Assembly (NCBI GenBank): GCA_013239625.1 | Contig: MU053652.1 | Span: 6,253,902 to 6,317,901 of the forward strand | DNA from: Lama guanicoe | Taxonomy: Eukaryota | Reading direction: 5' to 3' | Length of the DNA stretch: 64,000 nucleotides | Shown here: positions 13,425 to 26,860 of the stretch, piece after piece | Layout: each line of letters opens with the position of its first letter | How positions within the stretch are numbered: position 1 is the first letter of the stretch | Program-made: the position numbers and the translations under genes | The notes under the pieces: generated by a model | Seen by the model: only the letters and a program-made list of their open reading frames with translations | What the model was told of the DNA's origin: nothing | Databases searched by the model: none

Positions 13425-13575
13425 TTTACTTGCATTTTTTCACTGAGATTTTGCAAAACTCTATGAGGTAAGTATCAACATTATTCTCAACTGCAGATAA
13501 GGAAATTGAGACTTAGGATAAATAATTGTGTGAAGCAAGGGCCAGGGTTTGGAAACAGCAATCTGTCTGCTGGAC
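13425..13575 (-). mobile_element. MIR SINE (opposite orientation to the adjacent MIR)
   Basis: actctatgaggtaagtatcaacattattctcaactgcagataaggaaattgagacttag. Confidence 0.75.
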
Positions 13576-14249
13576 ATGTTGATTTACATTACTTATTTGG
13601 ATGGCATGCTATCCTTATTTAATCAATTTAGAATTTTTAAAATTTGAGATTAATTTTCCATATCAAACTGGTAAATATTTATATATGTAACAAATAGATC
13701 TCTTAAACAACTGATAAGATTTGGAGATGGAAGGACAGTTGTTAACTTTCCAGCATGATAATGACTCTGAGCTGTTTAAACTTAGGGAGAAATAGAGACA
13801 GATCCAAAATATTTTCTTAAATGTGGACTCCAAGTGAAATATTATGATTAAGTCTGATATTCAACTTCAAGTCTTTCTGGGTTTATAGGATAAAAGAATC
13901 ATGTATATTAAGAAGTCGGTTGCTTATATATGGTGAGTAAACTCTGCAAGAACCAGTTAATGTATTTCTTTTAAATAAAGAGTAGCTGAGTGGACTTTTA
14001 AGTCAGAAACTGAAATCAAAGTAAAATAGATCCAAGAAAAAAAAGAGGCGTTGGTCTAAGTACCTTGAGCTTCTTATTTTTCAGGATTTGAATTTGTTCC
14101 TAATGAGCACATTTTACTCTATGTTTATGAACTTCCATTTGGACACATTTACACAGAATGTTCTAAACTTACAGTTAAGGCCAATGTGAGACTCAGTAGG
14201 TAAGGACTGTAAACTATTTATGTGTGTATCACCAAAACCTTGATGGCTT

Positions 14250-14410
14250 AGTCATTTATTTATTCAACAATTACTCAGTGCCCACTATGGGACAGGAAGT
14301 GATATTAGGTCTTGAGATATGGACCAGATCAAAGTAGCAAAAAGGCTATCTTTATAGAGTTTGGATTCTAATAAGGAGAGGTAAACATTAAACAAACAAA
14401 TAAACAAATT
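14250..14410 (-). mobile_element. L2 3' end
   Basis: tcatttatttattcaacaattactcagtgcccactatgggacagg... is the reverse-strand L2 tail. Confidence 0.7.
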
Positions 14411-15719
14411 GGCATGTAAATGTCATCTAGCGGTATCTCAAGTAAATAACTATTAAATCAATTATTGTAGTTTGCAGTTGTTGACCACTTTATTTTCTCT
14501 ATGTCATGTGTGATCACAATTCTGGAAAATAATTTGGGAAGATATTTTTACCTTTCAGTGGGGAGAAAGTGGTAAATCTGTAGATTAAACAATCTTCTTA
14601 AGCTTACACAGTTAGGTGCCAACAAAACCAGAGTGAAAACATATATTTTTAGATTACTCAGTACAAGTCTCATGCTATTTTTATGATAATTGTTTAAACT
14701 ACCTTTACCTATAAAACCTACTCAGCAACTTTAGTGAGCTATGTCTATATGTACACCACGGTGCTCTAAAAATCACTAGCTCTTCCAGCATGATAACATG
14801 TCCTAGGATAAATTCAAAGTCTACTCTTATAAAAATAATGAAAGTTTTATGAGCCTAATATAGTTTAAATAAAAGTAGTTGGTAGCAAGAAAAATATATA
14901 TTTATGTCTCTATGTAATTTGTCCAGCACAAATACACTGTTCATATGTAAGAACTTCAGTACAAATCCTTTTAACATTGTGCCTAGTTAACAGACTTTGG
15001 CTTTCATTTGAAAACCTTCAAATTGTCATTTGAAATTCAAGAAGTAAAACAAAAATCAAATAACAACTCACTCTGGAAGCCAACCAAATGCCCAAATCTC
15101 AGACGAATTTCACTAACAGTAAATGATGAAAGTTGTTAGAGAAAAACAATCTGGGGCCTGCCTACGCTTCACCTCATGAAACAGCAGGCCACCTTCTATA
15201 AGTGACACAGAAGAGACAATTTAGTTTTCTCCTACTTACTAAATCAGTTCCTATGAATCAGTGAACTGATTCGTCCCAGTTAGAAAGCTGGGGAGTCCTC
15301 GCTCTATTACATGGAAAATATTTCTGTGTTGCCTTTCTTCTTTTCACTTTTATGTCACTCCCTCTCAACATTCTGCTGCCTAAGATTGCCAAACCTGTTT
15401 CCCCAGTTGGCTGCATCATGGTGGAGACTGCAGCTCCCAGAAAGACTACATTATGGTCCAGCAGATCTGCAGGAGATGAGCAGTTCTGCCTAGTAGACCT
15501 GGGCTAAGGAAGGGAGTACTACCAGTGCTCCAGCTGTAAGTCTAAAAACAGGATCTCATCAGCATCCAAGTGAAAAACCAGTAGGGACACGGGCAATGCA
15601 AATTTTCTCCCAGTTGGCAGATTCTATGGTCAGGTCACTTGTCTTTTGAGGAAAGGTAAACAGAAAACAACAAAAACAGCAGCAAAATGTGGAGTTTCAG
15701 AAGAAAGTTGCACAGTGAG

Positions 15720-16190
15720 AATAAATTCTAAAAAACATTACTAAGTCAATGATTAGAAGAAACTTTAAAAACTGGTACCTGTAAGTTAATGAAAATGAAT
15801 TATCTATGAACTGGAGCAGAGAGAGTCATAGAAAAATAATTACCAGGATAAAATGCAATAGGAGGAATTTTAACAAATCCACAAAGTAAGATGTAAAGGC
15901 AACAAAACTGAGATAAAAAGGGAATGAAATGAGAAAAGAAGTGAAAAGAAGTTTGAAAGGAATTGAAATCGTGATGATAGAATTAAAAACTTTATTGGCA
16001 GTGTAAGCAGCAGAACTGATTCTCAAAGAAATTCATCAAGAAAGAAGAAAATAATGAAAAAGAATTTTTACTTTGGAAGACAAGAGAACCAGGATCAAAA
16101 CTAAGAATAATGTATTTTCTGGAGGAAGAAAGCCAAAGATTTGGAATGGAAGCAATAATCAAGCATTGGCTGGAAAAATACTAATGTGAA
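15720..16190 (+). mobile_element. Ancient L1/HAL1 ORF1 coiled-coil-region remnant
   Basis: Very A/G-rich; gaattaaaaac...agcagaactgat...ggaagacaagagaaccaggatcaaaactaagaataat...gaagcaataatcaa resembles L1 ORF1. Confidence 0.5.
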
Positions 16191-16949
16191 TCACAAACGT
16201 ACAAGAACAAAATCACTCAAACACTTCAAAAACACTTTTCTGGTTTCCATGTAAGGTCAATGGAAAAAACTGACACATTCCTCTGCCCCTGCCTTAAATG
16301 TTATGTTCCCTGAAACAGGAAAAAGCAGGTTAAATGAAAAGTTGTAAATGTAGGGCACAGAAATACATTAAAAGTGGAGCCCTTTCTGTCTGAGGGGTAA
16401 TGTATGTGGTTTTGGGTACATGTCCGCACATGTATGCAGTAGGGCACATGATTGGAGGAGTGGGCAGAATCTTGGAAGGAAGCAAGAAGTTACATCAGTG
16501 TCCACCACCAGAACTCCAATGCAGCAGTTTCTAGATCAATATTGGATATGAAAAGAGTAACTTAAACTGACATATTAGAAAAGTAAGAATGTTATATGAC
16601 AGTTACATGCTCTATTCTCTTCATCTGCAGAGTTTTTACCATGCTTTTAGGCTACCTCGGAGAGGTTCCTTATTAAACGTTTCACTCTATCATGTGACTC
16701 CACTCACCTGTCTTCATGAGGCTGGGGCAGTGATTGCTGCCTGTCTCCCACATGGGCCATTGTATGCTGGTGGGGATAGGAGGCTGCTCCATGGTGGACA
16801 CTGACTGGCAATTCTTGTCCTCTTTTATGAAACACATAGAGATGGAAGCTGACATAAGGAAGGGCAGAAGCTGTAAGACAAATAGAGAAAATGCAGTAAG
16901 TAGAAAGCATGCATCAACCACGGATGCAATGCAGCAGAAATCATTGGAG

Positions 16950-17250
16950 AGAGAGATGGATTGAGAATTGGTTGGTAATACTGGTGCAGTCATCTTAGGC
17001 CTGAAAGGAAGGGAGGGAGTGTCTATATGAACTCAAAGAAAGTAGATGTCTGGAGCGGGGCCATTGTCCAGAGCTGTGGGCTGTAGTGGAGGGAGGCAGC
17101 CAACCTACAGCACACAACAGAATGGAGGGAGGGAGCCTGGGGCTACCTTCCTGGACTGGGGCTCCCTTAGGTAGAAAGCCAGAGGACAAGAGAGCCATTG
17201 ATGCATTTCTATAAAGTAGGTTAGCCTCCTAAAGCCCAGGGCAAAAGGAA
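16950..17250 (-). mobile_element. Ancient LTR fragment (ERVL-class, LTR67B-like)
   Basis: agccagaggacaagagagccattgatgcatttctat...ggttagcctcct...cagggcaaa resembles a recalled old ERVL LTR. Confidence 0.35.
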
Positions 17251-17404
17251 TTAAAAACAAACAAACCAAATTACAACTCCAACCCAACATAAGCAATGAA
17301 AATGAAGATAAACCCTTATAAATAAATATTTAAGTAGGCAAAACATGTTACTGACAAAGGACTGGAAGATTAGTTTCATACACCCTTTAGAAACATCTTT
17401 CCAG

Positions 17405-17582
17405 AAATTCTTAATTTGACAATTAATGTATGGACTTCAAGCAGCCCTTGAATTATAAAAGCCCTTGTAAAATTCTGTTAGTATTTTTAATAGCTAAGTG
17501 CTTGTTTTCCATGTAGAGGCCTGCACCTTTCTTCACATTCTTAAAGATGTTTGAAACCAAAAAATGTTCAGAACCATGGATC
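17405..17582. mobile_element. hAT-Charlie fragment (MER103C/Charlie4z-like)
   Basis: Terminal cacattcttaaagatgtttgaaaccaaaaaatgttcagaaccatgg resembles a Charlie terminal inverted repeat end. Confidence 0.5.
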
Positions 17583-17584
17583 AG

Positions 17585-18800
17585 TACACATTCAAGATGA
17601 AAAGATTACCAGCAAAGAATTTTATATCCTTGAGGACTGTTTTCATGTAAGATGGAAATAGAAGACATAAAATATTTCAAAAATGAATGTCTTTGGTGAT
17701 CTTAGAAAGACTTCTGTCAGCCAACCAAAACATGACCCGAGATTAAAAGCGCAAGGATACAAATCCAGTGAGATAGAAGGCAGACAGAGGATATTAAAAC
17801 TGATTAAAAATAAGGTTAAAATAATTGTTCTAATTATGGTTACAAAAATGGGGTAATTCAAAAGTAAGTATTACTTTAATGTAATATAATAGCGGTTATT
17901 TTTGTACAAATGATCAGTCTATTACAAGAAAGACTAAGTTTGTGTTGGCAGAAGAAAAATGGGAAGTTGAAAGTGGATAAACATAAAGGGTTTTATGTTT
18001 ACAGTCTCTTGTAAAGAATATTCAAAGGATGACTTATTTTGATTAATTTGAGAAGTACATACTGAATAATGTTTTTGAGAAACTTAAAGGAAATCATTTG
18101 AAGACTTACAAGTGCATGAATTCCAAATCACTGTGGAACAAAGGCATAATTCATATAGCAAAAGAGAAGACCAAGGAAGTAGCAAGAAATAAAATTATGT
18201 GAGAGAAAAATAACCCACCACATAGTTTATGAAAATATTTATATAAATAAAATATTTGAAAAACACATCCAACTATAGGCTGCTCATAAGAAACACATCT
18301 AGAACAATTAGAGGTTCTAATTGGGATTTAAAGATCTAAATCCTTAAATTAGATCCAAATTTTGTGCATCTAACTAAGGATGCATGAAAGTTAATCAGGA
18401 ATATATAAACATAATGCTCATGATTTATGAAAAAGTCAAATTGAAGGCAAAAGGCATTAAAGGTGATAGATATTTGCTTCACATTGATAAAAGGAATGAT
18501 TAATTTAATGAACTTTTATTTAAAAAATCAAAATTATATAGATCAAATGGTGGTATAAGAAATTTACAAAAATATAACTGGCAGAGAGATAGAATGGATC
18601 ATAGTCTTTAACAGATCTTAAAAATTAATAAGGTTATAGAAAATTTTCTATATTTCTAGTTTTTCTAAAGTTGAAAAAGAGATATCAAACATTTTTATGA
18701 AAAAACACATTTTTGCTAATATACACTAATATATTTAATAGGTACAGAGCTATATCTACAATAAATGAAGCAAAAACTTCATCTTAAAATAAATGCAATC
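17585..18800 (+). mobile_element. Ancient L1: ORF1 C-terminus, inter-ORF spacer and ORF2 endonuclease start
   Basis: QRILYP at about 17613-17630 (ORF1 RILYPAKLSF); PTIGCS*ETHL at about 18269-18301 (ORF2 PTICCLQETHL); aaagtcaaattgaaggcaaaaggcatt at about 18432. Confidence 0.75.
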
Positions 18801-19034
18801 TTCCAAATTATATGGGAATTTCTGGGGAAGGTTGAGAAGAAGGGCTTTTAATTGTAAATTTCACCTGGAAAAACAGTAACTATTTCACTTGAAGATAAAA
18901 ATGTGTTATATATCAGGTATTTTAAATGTATTATGCATTTTCATTGTTTTAAAATGTTACACTACTTAAAAGTCATATGGTTCTGGTTTTGTAATCAATA
19001 AATGGATCAGTAATAATCCAAAAGATTCCTTTCT

Positions 19035-19035
<1 letters not shown>

Positions 19036-19074
<39 letters not shown>
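19036..19074. repeat. (TAA)13 microsatellite
   Basis: Perfect trinucleotide run. Confidence 0.98.
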
Positions 19075-19078
<4 letters not shown>

Positions 19079-19149
19079 TCTTCTCAAAAAATTTGTATCA
19101 ACAACAGCAATTAACATTTGAGAATAATGCACATGAGGACCTTGAATAA

Positions 19150-19552
19150 ACTATTTCCCAGCCTCCCTTGCAGTGGGGCATAATCATGTGACAGTTCTGC
19201 CTAATAGAATGCAAGTAGTAGCAGTCTGTTCAGGTTTCTTGTTTAGTGTCCATAAAGGGAAATGGCTTGCCTTTCCCCTCTTTTCCTTCTAGCTGTTGGC
19301 TGAAATACAGATGTCGTAATTGGAGCTGGAACAAACAACTTGGGTCAAGAAGTGAAAGACAAATATGTTGACAATGAAGAGCAAAACACCAGAAGGACCA
19401 CGGTGTATAAAGATTTTGTGGACTCAACTTCTTTCCTTGTCTGTGTCTTATCTCTTCAGTAACATATGAGAAACACAAACTGGTACCTTGGTCTTGGTTA
19501 AGGCATCATTTTGTGAGTTTTCTCTCACTGGAAGATAAACTTAATTGTAGTA
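19150..19552 (+). mobile_element. Old MaLR LTR (MLT1J/K-like)
   Basis: atttcccagcctcccttgcagtggggcataatcatgtgacagttctgcctaatagaatg...ggctgaaatacagatgtcgtaattggagctg. Confidence 0.65.
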
Positions 19553-19664
19553 TATTTGTTTTAGTTTCTTTTTTTCAGTGAAACTGTTAAGTTTGGTTCC
19601 ATAGAGTCTTACTAAACTTAGAATGTGAGACAAAGCTGTACGTAATAACAGAAAGCTTTGTGGT

Positions 19665-20850
19665 TTTTAAACATTTAAAAATAATTTAGATACAAAAAAA
19701 GATGTTAAGAATATGACAAATACTCAAAACAACTACCAAAGTTAGAGATTAAGATATTTTAAATATTTTTGAATTTTCTCATGCATCTCTTTCTCCTCTC
19801 CCACCTGCCATGCCCCAATCTCCAAGGGGACTAACCATTTTGACTGCTGTTCATCATTCCCATTGCAAGTGTTCATACTTTTACTAGAGGGGTTGATAAT
19901 ATGGATGTTTTTTAGATTTTTTAATTTAATACACAGGGCACTGCTATAGCTTGAATTGGATCCCTCCGCACCAAATTCATATGTTGAAGCTCCAGTCCCC
20001 AACATGACAGTATCTAGAGATGGGGTCTTTAGGAGATAATTAAGTTTAATGAGGTCATGCAGGTGGGACCCTCACCATGGGATTAGTGCCCTTCTAAGAA
20101 GAGACACCAGAGGGCTTTTTTCCTCTCTTTCTTTCTCCACCACGTGAGGACACAACAAGAGTGCACTGTCTGTAAGCCAGGAAGAGGGTTTTTACCAGGA
20201 ACTGAACAGCCAGCACCTTGATCCCGGACTTTCCAGCCTCCAGAATTGTGAGAAATAAATGTCTGTTGTTTAAGCCACTCAGTCTGTGGCACTTTGTTAG
20301 GACAGCCTCAGACTGTATGTAGTCTTCTACAGGTTGCTTTTCTCTAATTACCATTGTTTGAAAAATAAATCTGTGATTATGTTCATTCCTTTTGTTCATT
20401 CATTTTCACTGTAATACAGTATTCCATTAGGGACTGTATATATTCCCTTACCTACTTTCACTCTGATGGCTATTTACATTGTTTCTATCATTTTCAGGTA
20501 GAAATTGAAGCTGTTATGAACAACCTTGCACATTTTTGTTTCATCAGTACATAGCTGGTGGTGGAGTTTCTATGTCCTAGTGTATGTGTCTGTTCACCTT
20601 TACTAGCTTTTGCCAAATTGCACTGAAAAGTTACATGTTCTCCACATCCATGTCAACACTTATCATGGTCAAGTTTTAAAAACTGCCAATCTACTAAGTG
20701 TGAAATGGTGTTTCTTTTCACAAAATTTGATTTGCTTTGAATTTTCTCTAACATTATGGCTAAACTTTTCATGTGTTTTCACATCTTTGAATTTCCTACT
20801 GGCATCTTTGCCTAACTTTCTAGTCAATCATTTGTCATTTTCTTAATGAT
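19665..20850 (-). mobile_element. L1ME-like 3' region, split by an MLT1A LTR
   Basis: T-rich; ttcattcattttcactgtaatacagtattccatt...tgctgttatgaacaaccttg-like...actgccaatctactaagtgtgaaatggt. Confidence 0.65.
19942..20315 (+). mobile_element. MaLR solo LTR, MLT1A/MLT1A0-like, near full length
   Basis: tgctatag...caaattcatatgttgaagc...gaggtcatgcaggtgggaccct...gggattagtgccctt...cagcaccttgatcccggactttccagcctccagaattgtgagaaataaatgtctgttgtttaagcc. Confidence 0.9.
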
Positions 20851-21444
20851 TGTTTGGAGGGGACTGCATCCCTTACTTGAAAAATATCTCTGGTCATTTT
20901 TAACTAACTATATCTCCATAAGAAGACCTTTTGCTACTATGACAGTGGCATTTAACTTCCTATATAAAAACCTGTGTCTCCAGGCCACAGTTTCAAAACC
21001 TGAGAGAAGGACCAACTTTTTTCATTTCACCCCCTGTAGTCTGTCTTATAATCAAAGCATCCAGCACCACTGAGTCTGAAAGGGATAATGCTAATGAAGG
21101 AAGCAGAATCTCCCTCCCCCTTTTTAAAAATTTCTCCCCTGTGGCTGGTTGTCCTGCAAGTTCCTCTTCAGGATCTTGCGGAATTGCTGACATAAAAACA
21201 AAGGGAGACCTTAGCAGCAGGAACAGGTCAATGAAGCAACGCCTGCTATTCCTGCCATGTTCTGGTGACCACACTCTAGTGCTGTCCCCTTAGCTCCCTC
21301 ATCACTGGTTCTCCTTCACAAGGTCCCTGGAGTGTTTCCAAGCCACATTTATATTACCCATCAAATACTAGGACTCACAGTTCCAGACTGGAATGAAATC
21401 CATCCACATATAGTTTCATTTTATATTTTGCAAAGAGGCTTGAT

Positions 21445-23150
21445 TTTAGCCTTTAAAAAGCATGTAGGTTTTGTAAGATAATAATTTACATGATTCAAAA
21501 TTCAAAAGGCACAAAAGTAAAAGTCTCCCTCTCACTTCTATGTCATTCCTGTCTCCCTCAGGCAACCATCATTAATGATTTTACATAAAATTCTAGTGCT
21601 ATTTTAAATCATATATACAGTCTTCATGTTAAAAGAAGCATTAGAATTTATTCACATGAGTGTGTATTATGTCCCCCAAAGATGTCCATCTTTAATCCCC
21701 AGAACCTGTGACTATGTTACCTTACGTGGTAAAAGGGACTGTATAGATGTGATTAAAGGTATGCACCTTGAGATAGGGAGATTATTTTGGTTTTTCCAGA
21801 TGGCTCCAATCTGATCACATGAATACTGACAACCAGAGAACCCTTCCCAGCTGTGATCAGACAGAGGTGTGACCATAGAGGAGGTGTGACCACCAGAGTG
21901 GTATGAGTGATGAGATGTTGCTGGCTTTGAAGATGAACGAAGGCAACCTTGAGCCAAGGAATGTGGTGATCCCAGGAAGCTGGCAAAAAAATACCCAGAT
22001 TCTCTCTTCCGCCTCCAGAAAGGAATAAAACCCTGACGACATATGAGTTACCCTGATGAGACTTGTGCCAATCTTCTGACCTGCAGAACTGTAAGACAAT
22101 AAATGTGTGTTGTTTAAAGCCTCCGAATTTGTGTTCCACTATTACAGCAGCAGCTATAGAAAGTCAGCATAATACATGTACCTTGTTTTTTACTTTTTTT
22201 ATTTTTAAAAAGTAAGGTCATTTCATCTCAGTACATAGAGAGTTTACTCTTTCAGTACTCTTTTAGTTTCAAAAAACCTTTTTCATAGCTGCATAATATC
22301 CTATCACAGCATTAAACAATCATCACATGTATTGAAGGCCAGTGAAATCTTCTGCTATTTCAAATAGGAATACAGTGAATATCCTTGAATAAGAGCAAAT
22401 TCTCACACATGTCAGTAAATACATGGGACAAATCTTAAGAAGGGGAATCAATATGAAAGTGTGTCTTACACTTTGATTGATAGTCCCAAGTTAGACTCCG
22501 CAGAGGTTGTTTCAATTTATATTCTATGTCTGAAAGTCCTGTTCTATATACATTTGCAAATACAATATGTTATTAAATATTATCTTTATCTACTTGATGA
22601 GTGGGAGTGGAATCCTAGTTTGAATTCACATCTCAAGGTAGTGATGTTGAGAATCTTTTCAATATGTTTAAAAGGTATCTGCATTGCTTCTGTGAATTTT
22701 CTTCCTTATTTTTCTTTTTTCCCTTCCCAATTTTTCTTCTTCCTTCCCTTCCTTTGTTCCAACTGTTTACTCATGTTTTTTTCTGCTGAGTTGATAGACA
22801 ATTTCTCATTGATATGTCAATGCTTTGTATCTTCTAAAGAAACAAATTCTTTTTCTTTTGACTTTGCTTATGGAAGTTTTGTCAATGAATTTTTTTTTGT
22901 AATGTAAAATTAATGAACATTTTCGTTTTGGATTTGGGGTTTTATATCATATCTAGAAAAAAACTTCCCAATATATTTTACACCTGCATAGATTATTTAA
23001 TATTATTATGATATCAAGTTTTTTATCTTTGTTCCATTTTCTTATGCTGCAAGTTATGAAAAAGCTTTATTTTTACTTTTTTTCAGAAGTTTACCTAGTT
23101 ATTCTAAAACAATTTATTGAATACTCCACATCTGCTTTTAATATGCTTTT
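21445..23150 (-). mobile_element. L1ME-like 3' region, split by an MLT1D LTR
   Basis: caggcaaccatcattaatg..., catagctgcataatatcctat..., gatgttgagaatcttttcaatatgtttaaaagg..., ttatcttttgactttgcttatgg-like T-rich L1 antisense. Confidence 0.65.
21661..22176 (+). mobile_element. MaLR solo LTR, MLT1D-like, near full length
   Basis: cccccaaagatgtccatctttaatccccagaacctgtgactatgttaccttacgtggtaaaagggact...gctggctttgaagatg...ttctgacctgcagaactgtaagacaataaatgtgtgttgtttaaagcc...aataca. Confidence 0.9.
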
Positions 23151-24780
23151 TAAAAATAATTTTCTTTAAAACCGAAGTTTTCAAGTTTAACAATGGACAT
23201 ATTGCATATACCTAAAAGTTGTTAGTCTCAATTTACATTAGTTGTATTCGTATTTATTGAGCTTTTATAAAGGACTAATACATTTATTGTATTTTTCCCT
23301 GGACAGATAATTTAATATGTCTTGGCAAAAGATGTAGTAGATACCAATTGGGTTGACTATCCAGCAGACATCAAATTATCCAGTGCCCATATCTGTACTC
23401 TTTTGGGGAAACCATTCTTATTCCCCTGTTCTGGTCATAGTCTGATTGTACTGACAATCCTGGATGGTATCTTACCACTCCAGACACAGAGTTGAAAATA
23501 TGGCTCACCTTGGCTCAGTAACTGAGAGTAACTCATCCTCCTGGCAAGCTCTTCCCAGGCCCACTCCCAGACTGAGCTGTCCTTGGAATGGAACCCAAGG
23601 ATTTAAACTCTAGGACCCAAGTTTCTTTTCCCTGTCACTACTTCCCAGTATATTATTAATGCAAGGGAGGAAAAAAGAAAAAAACCCACCTTTCTTTCAT
23701 AATCTTGTTCCTTCATTTCCCTTTCCTTAACTGGGTTTGATAATTCATCCAAAAATGCTTGATCAACCATCATAAAAAGACCTCCACCCCTAGAGCACAA
23801 AATCTTAGGTCATCCAGTAAATAATCCAGTTTTGAGAAGCAGGAAGGTTTTCCTCCTATCCTAGTTGAGGGCAGGCACTGTATTTTCCTGATACATTTCC
23901 CCCTTCCAGGAATGGGCAGAAGAGCTTCTCTCCAAAATAAGATAAAGCAAAATACAAGATGAATTATCAGCAGTGGAGAAGCTGGCCACACCCACTGGTT
24001 TGAAAGCTTTCTTCCCCTCCCTGAAATCTAGGCCAATTAATCAACTCTGCATCCTAGGGACTTAGTACCAGTACAGAGAGGATACTCAGTAAGTGTTAGT
24101 TTAGTAAATGAATAAATGCATAAGCAGCCCCTAACTGGACTGTCTCCTCTGGGAGGAACTACCAGAGATGTCTTACTGCCTTTTGCTTCATACCATTCTT
24201 TGCTCTTAGCAGTAGCCCCGTGGGAGATTCCCACTACCAGGCTCTACCCTGGGATGTTTCAGTACCTCCTTTTAGCTGTGCTCCCTCTCCACTGCTCAGG
24301 GCACTGGAGACCATCATGGGCCATGCTCTTCAAACCATCCTGGGTCACTTTAATTAGGAGCCAGGATTCCAGGAAGAAAGGCTAGAATGGCATTTTCTGA
24401 TTTTTGGAACTTTATAAAAGAAAATGACTTTTCCAGTCTCTTTTGGGACTCTTCCTTTTGTTTCCCTCCCTGGATAGAGGAAATAAAACTTGGCCCCAAG
24501 GCTTTGGCCCTGCCCACTCCTCAGTGATGAGGCCAACAGTCCCTCAATTTACACTCATTCAATACTGAACAATGATAGGCAAGTCCTATTGTATCCTCTG
24601 TGAGTATGTATGACCTGGAGGGCTACCTTCAGCATTATTTGTAAATGAGACACTGGTGGGATGAGACTTGGGTTCCTCTCTTAGAGCCGTGAATTTTAGC
24701 TACAAAGGTGGCTTTTTCAAAATCCTGGTTCCCTCTGTGGTGAAGCCTGAGCTATGCATTTGGAAGGCCTCTCATTCAAT

Positions 24781-24960
24781 TATTTTTTAAAAATTTTTTA
24801 AAATTGAAGTATAGCCAGTTACAATGTGTCAATTTCTGGCATACAGCATAATGTCCCAGTCATGTATATACATACATATATTCGTTTTCATATTCTTTTT
24901 TCATTAAAGGTTATCATAAAATATCGTATACAGTTCCCTGTGCTATTCAGAAGAAATTTG
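24781..24960 (-). mobile_element. Lineage-specific (artiodactyl/camelid-type) L1 3' end
   Basis: attgaagtatagccagttacaatgtgtcaatttctggcatacagcataatgtcccagtcatgtatatacatacatatattcgttttcatattc...cagttccctgtgctat. Confidence 0.85.
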
Positions 24961-25009
24961 TTCATGCTTGGTGAAGTCTTGCTCCTGAGTGTTAACTTCC
25001 ATTAATCAA

Positions 25010-25190
25010 AATGTTCGGACTTCAAGTATTAGCTTTGCCATCAGTGAGTTTTCTATCCACAAATCCCTTAACCTGTCTCACCCTCATTAATAAACTGCAG
25101 AAAATACGGCCCCTTTCCCAAATGGATGTGAAGATCAAATGACACAATGCATAGCACATGAGCATTCAACAAATAAAATGATTATTACTA
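25010..25190 (+). mobile_element. MIR SINE
   Basis: caaatcccttaacctgtctc...gatgtgaagatcaaatgacacaatgcat...gagcattcaacaaat. Confidence 0.55.
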
Positions 25191-26719
25191 TGTAACTAAG
25201 CAAGTGACTGTTCCAAAGGAGTGGATAAAATGTGTATCTATTCATTACGTAGTGAACAGGAATAAACACCTTTTAGAGAAAGGTAGGGCTGATGCTACTT
25301 TGAAATAGTTTATTCTGGAGAAGCTGATTTGGTCAAAAGATAGTCTTAGGATGAAATCCAGTAAAATATATGCTAAACCCATGGAAAGAGCTATCAAACA
25401 ACACAATGAAATTCAATTTAATTCTTTACCTAAGCTTATAAATAAGCACTGAAGCTGCCTTTCTCCATTTAAAGTGCTTTCGGCCAAGACAAACCATTCA
25501 AATCCTTTTATGTTCCTTTAGTCGCCCTTAGATGAACACCTTAGTTACTTCTGACATCTCTAATCCAACCTGGAGTCCTCCAGACCTTCTGTAGCTTGCT
25601 ATTGGTTTTCTCCAGAGTCTCATAGTTCCTGTCCTTCCAAAAGATAAATTCAGAAGCCCCTTCCAGATTTCTTATTCTTTCTTCCGTTTGAGACATTTAC
25701 TTCAAAACCCATCATGTTACCAAGCAGTAGACCCAACCCCTTCATTCAAAACAAAGGGATATAAAGCTGAAAGGAACACTTGCCTCACTACTTTCCAACT
25801 AAGAGGCGAAGCAACACGTAGGGATTCCATAGCTGGTAATTAATTGCAAAATCTTGGGCTGTTAACACAGAGGGCTTCGTTTCACAGTGTGACACAGAGA
25901 ACATTATAGGAACAATAACTTCAGGGGGATTCAGACTAAGAAATTGCTTAGTGTCATAAGCCAGGGAAGCCTGCGTTCCCCGACCCATTGCTGCAGCTCA
26001 GAGGAGAAGCAAGTTGGTCAGGGACGGCAATCACAGACAAGAGCTGCAGCCTAGAAAGAGAGATTCTTCCTTCTCTACTAATGGCACCAAATCTTCTTCC
26101 TTTTTGAAGATTCATGATTTTTAATAAGTTCGGTATTATATCAATTAATTGGTAATAAATTAGAAATTGATAGTGAAAGTATATAGTTGGTCAAAATTAT
26201 AATGTAAATATCCTCTGAGCAATGGTAGACAAGAGGCTGATACACAAATAAATGGAAAGTTCTAACTCAAGCCACCTTGCTGTAGCTTAAATGATATATA
26301 TAACAACATGGGGTAACTGAAGGAGAAAAGAAATGAGAACATACATTTTCCTTGGTTACTTTTGGTTACAAATTTCAACAACTCTGTAATAATGAGAAAT
26401 TCGACAGATGCTACATAATAGTTCTAAATTTATTATGTGCATGTGTGTATGGTAATTCTTTATCACATTCCATAGTACAGATATTTCCAATTAAATTTCC
26501 TTGTTGCTTTAAAAGGTACCCCTCATAACTTCAAGTATTTGTATTTTAAAAATTGAATTAATATATATTTTAATTTTAAAATAACTCAAATTGTTACCTT
26601 GAACATAGAAATTATATGCTGCCTATAGCAATACTGTTTTCTAACCTTTTAATTTTTGTATTTTTTTGATAAAATTTTTAATCAAAGTAATACATCATAT
26701 GGATATTGCTTAAAATGTT

Positions 26720-26860
26720 AAATGTAGTCAATCTTCTAATAAGTATTTGAGTTTCTACTGTGAGCCAGGCAATTTTTCTAGGCACTGTGATATTCAATAA
26801 TAAAACAAAAACATAAAAGCTCCTATCCTGAAGGAGCTTATATTCTAGGTGGGGCTCAGA
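26720..26860 (-). mobile_element. L2 3' end
   Basis: aataagtatttgagtttctactgtgagccaggc...ctaggcactgtgatattc...aggagcttatattctaggtgggg. Confidence 0.7.

Noticed and set aside
13925..14205. Splice-like signals (ATG|GTGAGT, ttttcag|GA, TAG|GTAAGG)
   Set aside because: The putative exon has no recognisable coding content; no supporting chain of exons
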